Virus record (IMG/VR): IMGVR_UViG_3300043391_000059
Span: 1 to 37,178 of that record
DNA from: a virus
Lineage: Duplodnaviria; Caudoviricetes
Length of the DNA stretch: 37,178 nt
Reading direction: 5' to 3' (one strand)
Notes under the pieces: model-generated
What the model saw: only the letters and a program-made list of their open reading frames with translations
Told to the model about the DNA's origin: nothing
Database searches by the model: none
Position numbers and translations under genes: made by a program
Shown here: one piece after another, positions 16,514 to 27,099 of the stretch
Position numbering within the stretch: the stretch's first letter is position 1
Layout of the letters: each line of letters begins with the position of its first letter

Positions 16514-19500
16514 TGTCGTTTTACCAGGACGAAGATCAATCATTAGCAACAGTTAATGATACATCAAAGTTAGCTCAAAGCGTTCCAGGAGCCGGAGAAG
16601 TTTTTAAAGCTGCATGGGTTGCCTCAGGCAAATCAATGTCAACAGCTTCTGAGTATTGGAATGAAACAGAGCAATATGGAAACATAAAAGAAATTGCAAA
16701 AAAATATAATTTTGATTTATTAAATCCTCATTTAATTGCTGAGCCTGTATCTTTAGATGAAACAAATTATAATGTGGATGAAAATAGTTTTCCAGGAACG
16801 CATACTAAAGAACAAAAGATTACAGAATTTCATAAACAATTAGATGAATATAAATTTCAAAACCCACAGTTTGCTGATGAGCTTAAACAAAAAGGATTAG
16901 ACAGTAGAGAGTCATTATTAAATACTATTAAAGTTGACGCTCAACAATCTTGGAATAATGCAGAAGAGCTTTATCAAAAAACTAATAAATGGGGAGCTGT
17001 AGGTTATTATGGAGCGTTGGCTGCAAGGGTAACAGTTGGAGACCCTGTATTTGCACCATTGCTTCCTTTAACTGTAGTTGCACCATATTCAACAAGTAGT
17101 CTTTCATTTCTTCAGGCAGCTGCACGAGTTGCAAAAATTGAAGCCGTAATTGGTGCTACACAAAACGGCGCTCTTGAGGCAATGACAATAAAATATCAGC
17201 AAGAATTAGGATTAAAAGAACCTGGATTTGCAAACGCTGTAAAAGATGTTGCTTTTGCAACAGGTGTTGGTGCTGTTGCAGGGGGTACTTTGGGACCAGT
17301 AATTTACGGAGCTGGCGTTGGAATTACAAAAGGTATTACTAAAATTCCTAAAGCTTATGAAATTAGTAAAGAAGGATTAGATTATTTAGGAGCAAGATTA
17401 CAAAGATTAGAGACTGGTAAGTTAGATGAAATTTATAGTTATGTAACAGACAAGTTTCCAAATTTTAAATCTTATGAAGCAGATACATTGTCAAATTCCG
17501 CAAGATTTAATGTTGATGACAATACTTTGGTTAATACTCCACAAGCAGTTCGTGAACATGAGTCAAGAACAACAGCTGCCTTAAATAGCGTTGTTAATGA
17601 TGCTCCACTTAATATACCTGAAACAAGTGTTAATCCTGTATCGCCAGTAAAATTTCAAGAACAAGTATTTAGTCATTCAAGCGTTAAATTGTTAAAGCCA
17701 AACGAAATAGATTTTGATGCGAAAGCTTTTCAATACAAAGGAGAAGTAGATGCTTCAGGAGTATCATCAAAACTAAAAGACGTAAAAGACTGGAACGATT
17801 ACGCTGCAGGAGCGTTAATGGTTTATCAAAATAAAGAAGGTAAATATTTTGTTATTGATGGACACCAAAGACTTGGATTATCTAAAAGATTAACCAGTCA
17901 AGGAAAAGACATTAATTTAGTTACTAAAGTTATAAGAGAAGCAGACGGCGTTACAAAAGAAGAAGCAATGTTTAGCGGAGTTGTTGCAAACATTATTAAT
18001 GGAACAGGAACTTCTTTTGATGCAGCTAAAGTATTAAGAACATTTCCTCAATATAATATTGATACTTTAAAAGGAAGTTTCCCTATGGGACAAAGGATGG
18101 CAAAAAATACTGCCGGACTTGTAAAACTTTCTGATGATGCCTGGGGACTTTTTGTAAGTAAAAATGTTAATGAAGATTTAGCAGCAAGAGTTGGAGAAGC
18201 ATTTACTAAAGAAGCTCAAGCTGGAGTTTTATCTGGTTTAAGAAATAGAAAATTTGCTACACTAGCAGAAATGGATAGTACCATTGCATCTATTAAGGGT
18301 ATGCAATTAAGAGTTACAGAACAAACTGATTTATTTGGTACACAGTTTATTAAAGATTATGCAATTATTGAAAAGGCAAAATTAATACAATACGTTTCTC
18401 AAAACGCTAAAAGATTAAAATTAGGATTTGAAAGCGCAATAAAAAATGATAAAGAATTAACAGCGGCTGGTAATGTATTAGATCAATCGCAAAACTTAAA
18501 AGCAGCAATAGACAATGAAAAAATCACAGAATTTATTAACACAGTCGGAAATAGAGTTGGACAATACGCAGATGAACTCAACGCAGCAGCTCTCAAATTC
18601 AGAACCGATCAAGCAGGAGCAAGACTTGATGCAGTCAACGCAACAAGAGCAGCGCTTACAAGAGGGGATTTTGAAAGCACAAAAGTTAGCAGAGGAAATG
18701 ACTTTGCTGAATTTAAAGATACGACACCTAGGTTACCTGAAAAACCAGCAGAAGTTATAGACCGCAAATTTGCAGACGTAGAAAATAATATAAAAGTTGT
18801 AACAGACGCTAATAAGAAATTAGACGATCAAATTTTTGGAGATGCTGGAACTGCTCTTGTTAAAACAGATGAAACTGTTAATGCTGTAGACAATGCTGCA
18901 ATAGATGTAATAGAACGTAAAAAATTAGATTTAACACCAGAACAAAAAACAGTAGTTAATAAGATTGACGAAATTGTTAATGGTGGAAAAATAACTGACC
19001 AAGATGTTTTAGATATAAGAAATTCTGCCGAGGTTCAAAAGGCAATAAATGAACGAGCAGATTATTATAGTAAAAACCATACAGACGTTGCACCAAATTT
19101 TGTTAATGGAAAATTTACAGACGAATATTTAAATAATAAGACTTATACTTTTAACGGCAAAGAATATAAAGGCGTTGATAATATAGTTAATGCTATTTAT
19201 GGAACAGGCTCAAAAAGTAAAGAGCGTATAGCAATTGTTATTACTGGTTTGCCTGCTTCAGGAAAATCAAGATTATCTTCTCAGTATAAACAAAAAATTA
19301 ATGGAACAATTGTTGATACAGACTTCTATAGAGAAGTAATACCAGAATATAATAATGGTATAGGTTCAGCTGCAGTACATTCAGAAGCTAAAGTTATATT
19401 TAAAAAAATGTTTGTTAAAACATTATCAAATGGAGATAATGTAATATTACCAACACTTGGTAGAAATGAAACTCCATTTATTAATATTTTAGAATCTTTA

Positions 19501-20004
19501 AAAGAAGCTAATTATAAAACTGCAGTAATTAGATTAGATGCCGATTTAAATGTGGCTAAATTAAGAAATTTTAAAAGAACTTTTGAAACAGGAAGATTAG
19601 TTGAAGAAGATATTTTAACTCAACAAGTTGACAACAACATTAAGAATAATTATATTAAGGTTACAAATGAACAAGCAAATGCCAAAGCAGAAGTTACAAC
19701 CTCAAACGATCAAACAAACTTTATCTCAGGTTCCGAACAAGACGTTATCAAAAGCCTTACAAGAGACGGACAAATACGAGGAAATGTTGATGAAGGAAGC
19801 GTTACAAGAAATCAAACAGCTGAAGCTGAAAAAGCAATAGATCAAGCTCAAGAATTACCTACTCCAGAAAATATTGTTAAGATAACGGACAAAGAAGAAG
19901 TTATATCTTTTTCTCCAGATGGAAAAGAAGTGAGAGTTAAAGATTTATTACAAGATGAATTTGACGACGTTAAATTTATTGAAACCCTTAAAAATTGTAT
20001 ATGA
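16513..20004 (+). CDS. Large internal virion protein with ParB-like and zeta-toxin-like domains
   Basis: Hydrophobic Gly/Ala N-terminal region; YFVIDGHQR; IVITGLPASGKS..IVDTD..RE.IPEY..VHSEA..TGRLV. Confidence 0.8.
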   Translation: MSFYQDEDQSLATVNDTSKLAQSVPGAGEVFKAAWVASGKSMSTASEYWNETEQYGNIKEIAKKYNFDLLNPHLIAEPVSLDETNYNVDENSFPGTHTKEQKITEFHKQLDEYKFQNPQFADELKQKGLDSRESLLNTIKVDAQQSWNNAEELYQKTNKWGAVGYYGALAARVTVGDPVFAPLLPLTVVAPYSTSSLSFLQAAARVAKIEAVIGATQNGALEAMTIKYQQELGLKEPGFANAVKDVAFATGVGAVAGGTLGPVIYGAGVGITKGITKIPKAYEISKEGLDYLGARLQRLETGKLDEIYSYVTDKFPNFKSYEADTLSNSARFNVDDNTLVNTPQAVREHESRTTAALNSVVNDAPLNIPETSVNPVSPVKFQEQVFSHSSVKLLKPNEIDFDAKAFQYKGEVDASGVSSKLKDVKDWNDYAAGALMVYQNKEGKYFVIDGHQRLGLSKRLTSQGKDINLVTKVIREADGVTKEEAMFSGVVANIINGTGTSFDAAKVLRTFPQYNIDTLKGSFPMGQRMAKNTAGLVKLSDDAWGLFVSKNVNEDLAARVGEAFTKEAQAGVLSGLRNRKFATLAEMDSTIASIKGMQLRVTEQTDLFGTQFIKDYAIIEKAKLIQYVSQNAKRLKLGFESAIKNDKELTAAGNVLDQSQNLKAAIDNEKITEFINTVGNRVGQYADELNAAALKFRTDQAGARLDAVNATRAALTRGDFESTKVSRGNDFAEFKDTTPRLPEKPAEVIDRKFADVENNIKVVTDANKKLDDQIFGDAGTALVKTDETVNAVDNAAIDVIERKKLDLTPEQKTVVNKIDEIVNGGKITDQDVLDIRNSAEVQKAINERADYYSKNHTDVAPNFVNGKFTDEYLNNKTYTFNGKEYKGVDNIVNAIYGTGSKSKERIAIVITGLPASGKSRLSSQYKQKINGTIVDTDFYREVIPEYNNGIGSAAVHSEAKVIFKKMFVKTLSNGDNVILPTLGRNETPFINILESLKEANYKTAVIRLDADLNVAKLRNFKRTFETGRLVEEDILTQQVDNNIKNNYIKVTNEQANAKAEVTTSNDQTNFISGSEQDVIKSLTRDGQIRGNVDEGSVTRNQTAEAEKAIDQAQELPTPENIVKITDKEEVISFSPDGKEVRVKDLLQDEFDDVKFIETLKNCI

Positions 20005-22547
20005 CAAAAGGTAACTACACAGAGTGTTTATCTACTGCTTTAGATGATAAATTAATTACTCAAAAGCAACATGATGAACAGATTGATCTTTTTGAAAATT
20101 TAAAAAGACAGTTTATGGATTCTGGTTTAAATGAAACAGAAGCCTCTATTAAAGCAAAAGTTAAAGCCTTTGATGACTTTACAAAAGAAGCTGCATTTAA
20201 AAAATATTATAACAGACTTGTTATAGTTGCTAAGAAACAAGCTGAATTTGATTTAAAAACTTATAGAAATTTAAATGGCGAAGCAGATTATGGAACTGCT
20301 TTAAATGCTATGCTTAACTCTTTAGAAGCTAATGCTAAAGGAATTAAAAGTGTAGATGGTTTAGTTAAATATGAAGTTGGTTTAGCACAACGTTATTTAG
20401 AAGATTTATTATTAAGTCAAAAATATAAACCAGGTGGTTTTTTAACTGCTGAGCAAAAAGCAACTAATAATGATATTATTAGAGCTGTTATAGATGGTTA
20501 TAGTAGTAATAAAAATGCTACTCAAATTGGCGAGGCAATCTCAAAAGTTTTTGAATTACAAAGAACTAGATTTAATTCTAAAGGTGGAAGAATAGGAGTT
20601 ATTGAAAATTACTTTCCGCAAATTCATGATGCAATGAAAGTCATGAAAGTAAGCTCTGATGAATGGGTAGAGAAGATTATTCCAAAATTAAATCTTCAAA
20701 AAATGATTAATAATAAAACAGGTTTTGCATTTACTGATGCAACAATAAGACCATTATTAAAAGAAGTTTACGATAGCATCACACAAAAGGGGTGGAACAA
20801 ATTAACTCCAGGAGAAAAGTTTGGCAGAAGAACAGCTGCTAATACAAGAGGAGATCACAGAACATTAATTTTTAAAAATGCTGATGCTTGGCTTAGTTAC
20901 GCTGATGAGTTTGGCGATACAAATGCTTTAACAACTGTAATGGACCACGTTCACTCTATGGCAACAGACATTGCTATGTTTGACAGATTTGGACCAAACC
21001 CAGAAAATATGTTTGCGTATTTAAAACAAGTTGTAATGAAACAAGCTCAATTAGATCAGTCTAATAAAGTAAATGGAAACTTTGTAAGAAAACAAAGATT
21101 TAATTTTTTAGAACAAGAGAGAGCAACTAGACTTATTGATAGAGCTGAAAACATGGTTAATTATTATTCAGGAGAGCTGAACAAACCAGCTAACGTTGTT
21201 GTTGCAAGAACAATGGCTTCTATTAGAAACTATTTACAAGCGGCTCAGTTAGGAGCTGCATCATTATTAACTCCAGGAGACTTTAATACACAAAGAATTA
21301 CAAATGCTTTTAATGGTCTGCCAGTTACAAAGTCTTTGGTTACTTCTTTAGATTTAATTCGTAAAGGAATTATAGGGGATGAAACTGGAGCAAGAAGAGC
21401 AATTCGTTTAGGTTTATTAGCTGAAGGAATGATTGGTTTAAATCACAAACAAACAAGATTTATGCTTGAAGTGCAGGGGATGGAAGCAAGCAAAAGAGTA
21501 GCTGATGGAGTTTTAAGAGTTACAGGTCTTTCTCATATAACTCAATCTGGTCAATGGGGATTTGGAATGGAATTTATGGGACACTTAGCTGATGTCTCAA
21601 AAAAAGAATTTTCTAAATTACATCCTAAATTACAAGAAGCATTTACTAGATATGGAATTTCTAAAGGAGACTGGGATGTTATTAGAAGTACAAAATTATA
21701 TGATGCTGGTATTGATGAGCCAAAAGTTGCTGGTCAAGGTATAACATTTTTAAGACCAGATGATATTAGAGTAAGAACAGATATTCAAAATCAATATGCA
21801 GAAAGTTTATCTTATAAACTTTTAAATATGATTAACACAGAATCTATTTCTGCTGTTCCAACTCAAACAGCTCAGGGTACAGCTTTAATTCAAAAGTATG
21901 GAAAGCCTGGAACTTTTGTTGGAGAATTAGTTTTATCTGGTGCAATGTATAAACAATTTCCACTTACAATATTTTTAACTCATATTCAAAAAGGTATGCA
22001 GCAAACAGGCTTTAATAGAATTGCTTATTTGTCTGATTTTTTTATTTCAACAACTTTACTTGGTGCTTTTGCAAATGAGGTTAGAGATATAGCTAAAGGT
22101 AGAAAAGGCAGTTCTTTAGAATATATTTCAGAAAATCCTTTAGAGTTTTGGGGTAGAGCTGCAGCAACAGGTGGTGGTTTTACATTGTTTGGAGATTTTA
22201 TAGCAGCAGATGCTAATAGATATGGTGGCGGTTTTGCTCAAACACTTGCTGGACCAGTAGTTGGTTTAACTCAAGATGTTTATAATATTCCTAAAGAAAA
22301 CATTAAAAGACTTATTAATGATAAAGAAACTAACTTTGGTGGAGATATAATAGACTTTTTAAGAAGATACACGCCAGGTGGAAATATTTTTTATTTAAAG
22401 AATATCTATGAAAGAGGCATATTAGATAATCTTGCTAAATGGTTTGATAATAAAATAGATCAAAAAAACTCTGATTTAATCAAAAGATACCAAAAAAGAG
22501 GTCAAGAATATTGGTGGGAACCAGGGGAAACTCTACCAAGATTTTAA
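20001..22547 (+). CDS. Large internal virion / ejection protein (gp16-like)
   Basis: ATG at 20001 (ATGA overlap); NYFPQIHD; HRTLIFKNADAW..Y; GPNP; YWW.PG C-terminus typical of BPP-1/epsilon15-type ejection proteins. Confidence 0.8.
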   Translation: MTKGNYTECLSTALDDKLITQKQHDEQIDLFENLKRQFMDSGLNETEASIKAKVKAFDDFTKEAAFKKYYNRLVIVAKKQAEFDLKTYRNLNGEADYGTALNAMLNSLEANAKGIKSVDGLVKYEVGLAQRYLEDLLLSQKYKPGGFLTAEQKATNNDIIRAVIDGYSSNKNATQIGEAISKVFELQRTRFNSKGGRIGVIENYFPQIHDAMKVMKVSSDEWVEKIIPKLNLQKMINNKTGFAFTDATIRPLLKEVYDSITQKGWNKLTPGEKFGRRTAANTRGDHRTLIFKNADAWLSYADEFGDTNALTTVMDHVHSMATDIAMFDRFGPNPENMFAYLKQVVMKQAQLDQSNKVNGNFVRKQRFNFLEQERATRLIDRAENMVNYYSGELNKPANVVVARTMASIRNYLQAAQLGAASLLTPGDFNTQRITNAFNGLPVTKSLVTSLDLIRKGIIGDETGARRAIRLGLLAEGMIGLNHKQTRFMLEVQGMEASKRVADGVLRVTGLSHITQSGQWGFGMEFMGHLADVSKKEFSKLHPKLQEAFTRYGISKGDWDVIRSTKLYDAGIDEPKVAGQGITFLRPDDIRVRTDIQNQYAESLSYKLLNMINTESISAVPTQTAQGTALIQKYGKPGTFVGELVLSGAMYKQFPLTIFLTHIQKGMQQTGFNRIAYLSDFFISTTLLGAFANEVRDIAKGRKGSSLEYISENPLEFWGRAAATGGGFTLFGDFIAADANRYGGGFAQTLAGPVVGLTQDVYNIPKENIKRLINDKETNFGGDIIDFLRRYTPGGNIFYLKNIYERGILDNLAKWFDNKIDQKNSDLIKRYQKRGQEYWWEPGETLPRF

Positions 22548-22558
22548 TTAATTTTATA

Positions 22559-22600
22559 CTTGCCAATGTTGACAATATTTGGCAAAGCAAAGTTTATACT
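22559..22600 (+). promoter_or_regulatory. Candidate late promoter 2 (TTGACA-N20-TATACT)
   Basis: CTTGCCAATGTTGACAATATT is 19/21 identical to 2145-2165, followed by GGCAAAGCAAA. Confidence 0.55.
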
Positions 22601-22668
22601 GAGCATAATAACGCCAGTTAATTTGCAATAAAATTTTTCCCTAAAAATTTAACTAACAGAATTACTAA

Positions 22669-25104
22669 ATGACAATATCTACAACTATTGTAAAAAATTC
22701 CTATGCAGGAAATGGAGCTACAACAGTATTTAATTATAACTTTAAAATATTATCTAGTTCAGATTTAAAAGTTATTATTCGTTCTTCTACAGGAACAGAG
22801 ACTACAAAAACTTTAAATACTCATTATACATTAACTGGAGTTGGTTCAGCTGGCGGTGGAAGTATAACTTTTACTGCTGGAAATATTCCAACGTCTGGAC
22901 AAACTATAGTTTTAATTAGAGACACAACTCAAACACAAAGTATTGATTATGTTGCTAATGACCCATTCCCAGCTGAAACGCACGAAGAAGGTTTAGACAA
23001 AGGAATTATTTTAGCACAAGAACTTCAAGAAGAAGTTGATCGTTGTATAAAACTTTCAAGAACTAATGCGATGACTTCAACTGAATTTACAGTTGGATCT
23101 GCAGATCGTGCAAATAAAATTCTAGCCTTTGATGCTAACGGAGAGATTGCTGTTACTCAAGAACTTGGTACCTATAGAGGTAATTGGTTAACTGCAACTT
23201 CTTATGCTGGTAGAGATTTAGTAAAAGATACTTCTAATAATAATATTTATTATGTTAACACAGCGCATACTTCTTCTGGCGCGCAGCCGTTAAGTTCAAA
23301 TGCAAACACAGCTTATTATACTTTAATTGTTGATGCTGCATCAGCAGCTAGTTCGGCAACAGCAAGTGCTACAAGCGCTGCGGCTGCTTTAGCTTCTCAA
23401 AATGCAGCAAGCTCTTCAGCCTCAGCTGCAAGTTCTAGTGCATCAGCAGCAAGCTCAAGTGCATCAGCTGCAAGTTCGTCAGCCTCAGCTGCTTCAAGTT
23501 CGGCTGCAAGTGCTGCAACTTCTTACGATGATTTTGACGACAGGTATTTAGGTTCTAAATCTTCAGCTCCAACATTAGATAATGACGGCAACGCATTAAT
23601 TAATGGTGCTTTATATTGGAACTCAGTATCTGCACAAATGTTTGTTAGAGATAGTGGAGCTTGGGTTGCTATTAAACCGACAACAGTTGAACAAGGTAAT
23701 ATTACTACAGTTGCTGGTATATCTGCAAATGTTACTACAGTTGCTGGAATATCTGCCAATGTTACAAGCGTTGCAGGAAATTCTACAAATATAAATTCAG
23801 TAGCTGGAAATTCTGCAAATATAAATACTGTAGCTACAAACAATGCAAACATAAATACAGTAGCAGGTGCTAACGCAAACATTACAACAGTTGCAGGAAT
23901 ATCAGGTGCAATAAGTACAGTTGCTTCTAATGCAGGTAACATTTCAACGGTTGCTACAGATATTGCAAAAGTAATTACTGCCGCTAATGATTTAAACGAA
24001 GCCACTTCAGAAATTGAAGTTGTAGCAAATGCTATAGCTAATGTTGATACAGTTGGTGGTGCTATTGCAAATGTAAATTTAGTTGGTGGTTCTATAGCCA
24101 ACGTAAATACAGTTGCTTCTAATATTGGTACAGTAAATGATTTTGGAAACAGATACAGAGTAAGTGCAACAGCTCCTACTACAAGTTTAGATTTAGGAGA
24201 TTTATATTTCGACACTACTTCAAACACAATGAAGGTGTATTCTAGTGGTGGATTTATAAATGCAGGTTCTTCAGTTAATGGTACAGCAAATAGATTTCGT
24301 TATACTGCAACAGCAAGTCAGACTACATTTACAGGTGCAGATGCTAACGGAAATACATTAGCTTACGATGCAGGATTTTTAGATGTTTATTTAAACGGAA
24401 TTAAATTAGTTAATGGTTCAGACTTTACAGCATCTTCTGGTACATCAATAGTTTTAGCAATAGGAGCTTCTGCTTCTGATATTTTAGAAGTTATAGCTTT
24501 TGGAACTTTCCAATTAGCAAACTTTAGTATTACCGATGCCAATGACGTTCCGCCTTTAGGTACTGCTGGACAAGCATTAAGAGTTAATTCTGGTGCAACT
24601 GCATTAGAATATGGTTCAAATTCAATTACAATAAATGGAAGTGCAGTACCTTTGGGTGGAAGTGTAACATTATTACAAAGTTTAACTTATTCTTCAGGTA
24701 CAGCAACAGGAGATGGAAGTACTTTAGTTTTTTCAATTACGTCAGGAAGAACAGTTGAAGACGTATTAGTATTCGTAAACGGATTTCAATTAACTCCAAC
24801 TACAGATTATTTAATTTCAGGAACTACATTAACTTTTACAACAGCTCCAGCTTCTTCAGCAGAAATATCAATAAGATATTTAGCAATAGCAGGTTCTTAT
24901 TCTCATGCTAATTTTACAGGTAATGGTTCAGCTACAACAATTACAATTAGCTCAAGCAGAACTGTTGATGACGTAATAGTAGTTGTTAATGGATTAACTT
25001 TAGTACCAACAATAGATTACACAATTAGTGGAACAACACTTACATTTACGACTGCACCAGCAAATTTAGCAGAGATTACTGTAAGATACTTGAGGTTATC
25101 ATAA
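22669..25104 (+). CDS. Tail fibre with T7 gp17-type N-terminal anchor
   Basis: YAGNGATTVFNYNF...R.T...FPAETHE..LDK; SASAASS heptads; NITTVAG decads; three C-terminal beta modules. Confidence 0.9.
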   Translation: MTISTTIVKNSYAGNGATTVFNYNFKILSSSDLKVIIRSSTGTETTKTLNTHYTLTGVGSAGGGSITFTAGNIPTSGQTIVLIRDTTQTQSIDYVANDPFPAETHEEGLDKGIILAQELQEEVDRCIKLSRTNAMTSTEFTVGSADRANKILAFDANGEIAVTQELGTYRGNWLTATSYAGRDLVKDTSNNNIYYVNTAHTSSGAQPLSSNANTAYYTLIVDAASAASSATASATSAAAALASQNAASSSASAASSSASAASSSASAASSSASAASSSAASAATSYDDFDDRYLGSKSSAPTLDNDGNALINGALYWNSVSAQMFVRDSGAWVAIKPTTVEQGNITTVAGISANVTTVAGISANVTSVAGNSTNINSVAGNSANINTVATNNANINTVAGANANITTVAGISGAISTVASNAGNISTVATDIAKVITAANDLNEATSEIEVVANAIANVDTVGGAIANVNLVGGSIANVNTVASNIGTVNDFGNRYRVSATAPTTSLDLGDLYFDTTSNTMKVYSSGGFINAGSSVNGTANRFRYTATASQTTFTGADANGNTLAYDAGFLDVYLNGIKLVNGSDFTASSGTSIVLAIGASASDILEVIAFGTFQLANFSITDANDVPPLGTAGQALRVNSGATALEYGSNSITINGSAVPLGGSVTLLQSLTYSSGTATGDGSTLVFSITSGRTVEDVLVFVNGFQLTPTTDYLISGTTLTFTTAPASSAEISIRYLAIAGSYSHANFTGNGSATTITISSSRTVDDVIVVVNGLTLVPTIDYTISGTTLTFTTAPANLAEITVRYLRLS
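23335..24135 (+). repeat. Coding tandem repeats in the fibre shaft (21-bp Ala/Ser heptads; 30-bp NxxTVA decads)
   Basis: SASAASS about x5; NITTVAGISA-like units more than x10. Confidence 0.8.
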
Positions 25105-25751
25105 TGGGAGCTATAGCTAGAGCCGCAGCAAACAATATTACAACAAGTGGAGTATTCACTTCATCTGCTATTGCCAATTCTTCTGTTACTGGGATAACTG
25201 TACTTGCAAATGCTTCAGATGGAATTACACTTATATCTTCTCAAACTGCTTCTAACTCAGCTTCAATTAGTTTTACTTCTGGATTAACCTCAACTTATAA
25301 AGCATATAAATTTGTGTTTAGTTCAATTCATGCAAGAACAGACATTCAATCATTTCAGTTTAATTTTAGTACAGATAGTGGTTCAAACTATAATGTTACA
25401 AAAACATCAACTATGTTTAGAGCATACCATAATGAATCTGGTTCAGCATCTGCTTTAGAATATCAAGGTACTTTTGATTTAGCACAATCAACAAATTTTG
25501 CAACATTATCAGAAGATAATGGAAATGGTGCTGATGAAAGTGCTTCAGGAACATTAACTATTTTTAATCCTAGTTCAACTACTTATGTAAAACATTGGAT
25601 TTCTGATTTTAATGTATATCATAATTCAGATTATACTATAAGAAATTGTGGTGCAGGTTATGGCAATACAACTAGTGCAGTAAACGCAATTAGATTTCAA
25701 ATGTCATCAGGCAATTTTGACGGAACAATTTACTTATACGGAATTAAATAA
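25104..25751 (+). CDS. Tail-associated protein, paralog 1 of 3
   Basis: LISSQTASNSASISFTSG; FNPSSTTYVKH; GYGNTTSAVNAI.F; I.LYGI. Confidence 0.75.
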   Translation: MGAIARAAANNITTSGVFTSSAIANSSVTGITVLANASDGITLISSQTASNSASISFTSGLTSTYKAYKFVFSSIHARTDIQSFQFNFSTDSGSNYNVTKTSTMFRAYHNESGSASALEYQGTFDLAQSTNFATLSEDNGNGADESASGTLTIFNPSSTTYVKHWISDFNVYHNSDYTIRNCGAGYGNTTSAVNAIRFQMSSGNFDGTIYLYGIK

Positions 25752-26410
25752 TGGGTAGCATTACAAGAGGATTATCAAACAACATTACAACTGGTGGAGT
25801 TATACTTCCTGCTGGAATTACAAATTCTTCTGTAAGTGCTGTAACTTCTTTTGCTAATGCTAGTGGTGGAACATTAATACTATTATCTACACAGACAGCT
25901 TCTAATAGTGCTACAATATCTTTTACATCAGGATTGGATTCTACTTATGATGAATATATATTTAAGTTTATAGATATCCACCCAAGAACAGACAATGTTG
26001 ATTTTCAATTTAATTTTTCAACAGATGGTGGTAGTAATTATAACGTAACTAAAACAAGCACTTTTTTTAATGCCTATCATGACGAAGCAGATACTGCTAC
26101 ATCATTGGGTTATAGAGATGGAACTGACTTAGCACAATCTACGGCATATCAAGGATTAGGAGATGCTGGTTTAGGAAATGGTGCTGACGAAAGTGGTGCA
26201 GGATATTTAAAATTATTTAATCCATCATCAACAACTTATGTAAAACATTGGCTAACTAATTTCAATCTTTACTATCAAGCAAATTATTCTATTCAAGGTT
26301 TTTCAGCAGGTTATGGAAATACTACAAGTGCTATAAATGCAATACAGTTTAAGGTTACTTCTGGTAATTTTGATGGTGTTATTAAATTATACGGATTAAA
26401 AAAATCATAG
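25751..26410 (+). CDS. Tail-associated protein, paralog 2 of 3
   Basis: Same motifs as paralog 1. Confidence 0.75.
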   Translation: MGSITRGLSNNITTGGVILPAGITNSSVSAVTSFANASGGTLILLSTQTASNSATISFTSGLDSTYDEYIFKFIDIHPRTDNVDFQFNFSTDGGSNYNVTKTSTFFNAYHDEADTATSLGYRDGTDLAQSTAYQGLGDAGLGNGADESGAGYLKLFNPSSTTYVKHWLTNFNLYYQANYSIQGFSAGYGNTTSAINAIQFKVTSGNFDGVIKLYGLKKS

Positions 26411-26418
26411 GATAAATT

Positions 26419-27099
26419 ATGGGTACAATAACAAGAAGTTTTGCAAACAACATAACTACAAGTGGTGTTCTATTACCAGCTTCATTGACTAACAATTCTA
26501 TTGCCAATGTAACTGCTTACAATGCTGCGATTGCTACTGGTAGTATGAAATTAATAAGTTCACAGACAGCTTCTGCTTCTGCATCAATCAGTTTTACAAC
26601 AGGAATAGATAGTACATACAAAGAATATCAATTTTATTTTATAAATATTCACCCAGCTTCTAATGCAGTTGATTTCACTTTTAATTTAAGTACAAATGGT
26701 GGTTCAACTTATGCAGTAACAAAAACGACTACTTCTTTTAGAGCATATCATCAAGAATCAGGAGCTAGTGCTGGTGTAACGTATGTTGCTGAAGATGATT
26801 TAGCACAATCTACTGCTTTTCAATTATTAAGTGGTGGAGACGGTGGTTCTTATATGGACACAACAAGTGATGAGCATTTATCTGGTTCACTTATATTATT
26901 TAATCCTAGTTCAACAACTTATGTGAAACATTTTATAGCTACAACAGAATATCCTGCGTCTGCTCCCCCAGAAATATATCCAACCAATACTTTTATTGCA
27001 GGATATGGAAATACAACAAGTGCTATAAATGCAATACAATTTAAAATGAGTTCTGGTAATATAGATGATGGAACAATACTTATGTATGGTATTGTTTAA
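26419..27099 (+). CDS. Tail-associated protein, paralog 3 of 3
   Basis: Same motifs with two loop insertions. Confidence 0.75.
   Translation: MGTITRSFANNITTSGVLLPASLTNNSIANVTAYNAAIATGSMKLISSQTASASASISFTTGIDSTYKEYQFYFINIHPASNAVDFTFNLSTNGGSTYAVTKTTTSFRAYHQESGASAGVTYVAEDDLAQSTAFQLLSGGDGGSYMDTTSDEHLSGSLILFNPSSTTYVKHFIATTEYPASAPPEIYPTNTFIAGYGNTTSAINAIQFKMSSGNIDDGTILMYGIV

Noticed and set aside
19981-20004. Programmed frameshift fusing the two large ejection proteins
   Set aside because: An ordinary ATGA overlap at 20001 explains the junction.
23523-24227. 234-aa antisense ORF
   Set aside because: Shadow of the repetitive tail-fibre codons; no RBS or motifs.
25104-27099. Diversity-generating retroelement or shufflon
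   Set aside because: No reverse transcriptase, no adenine-specific template/variable repeat pair, and no inverted crossover sites were seen.
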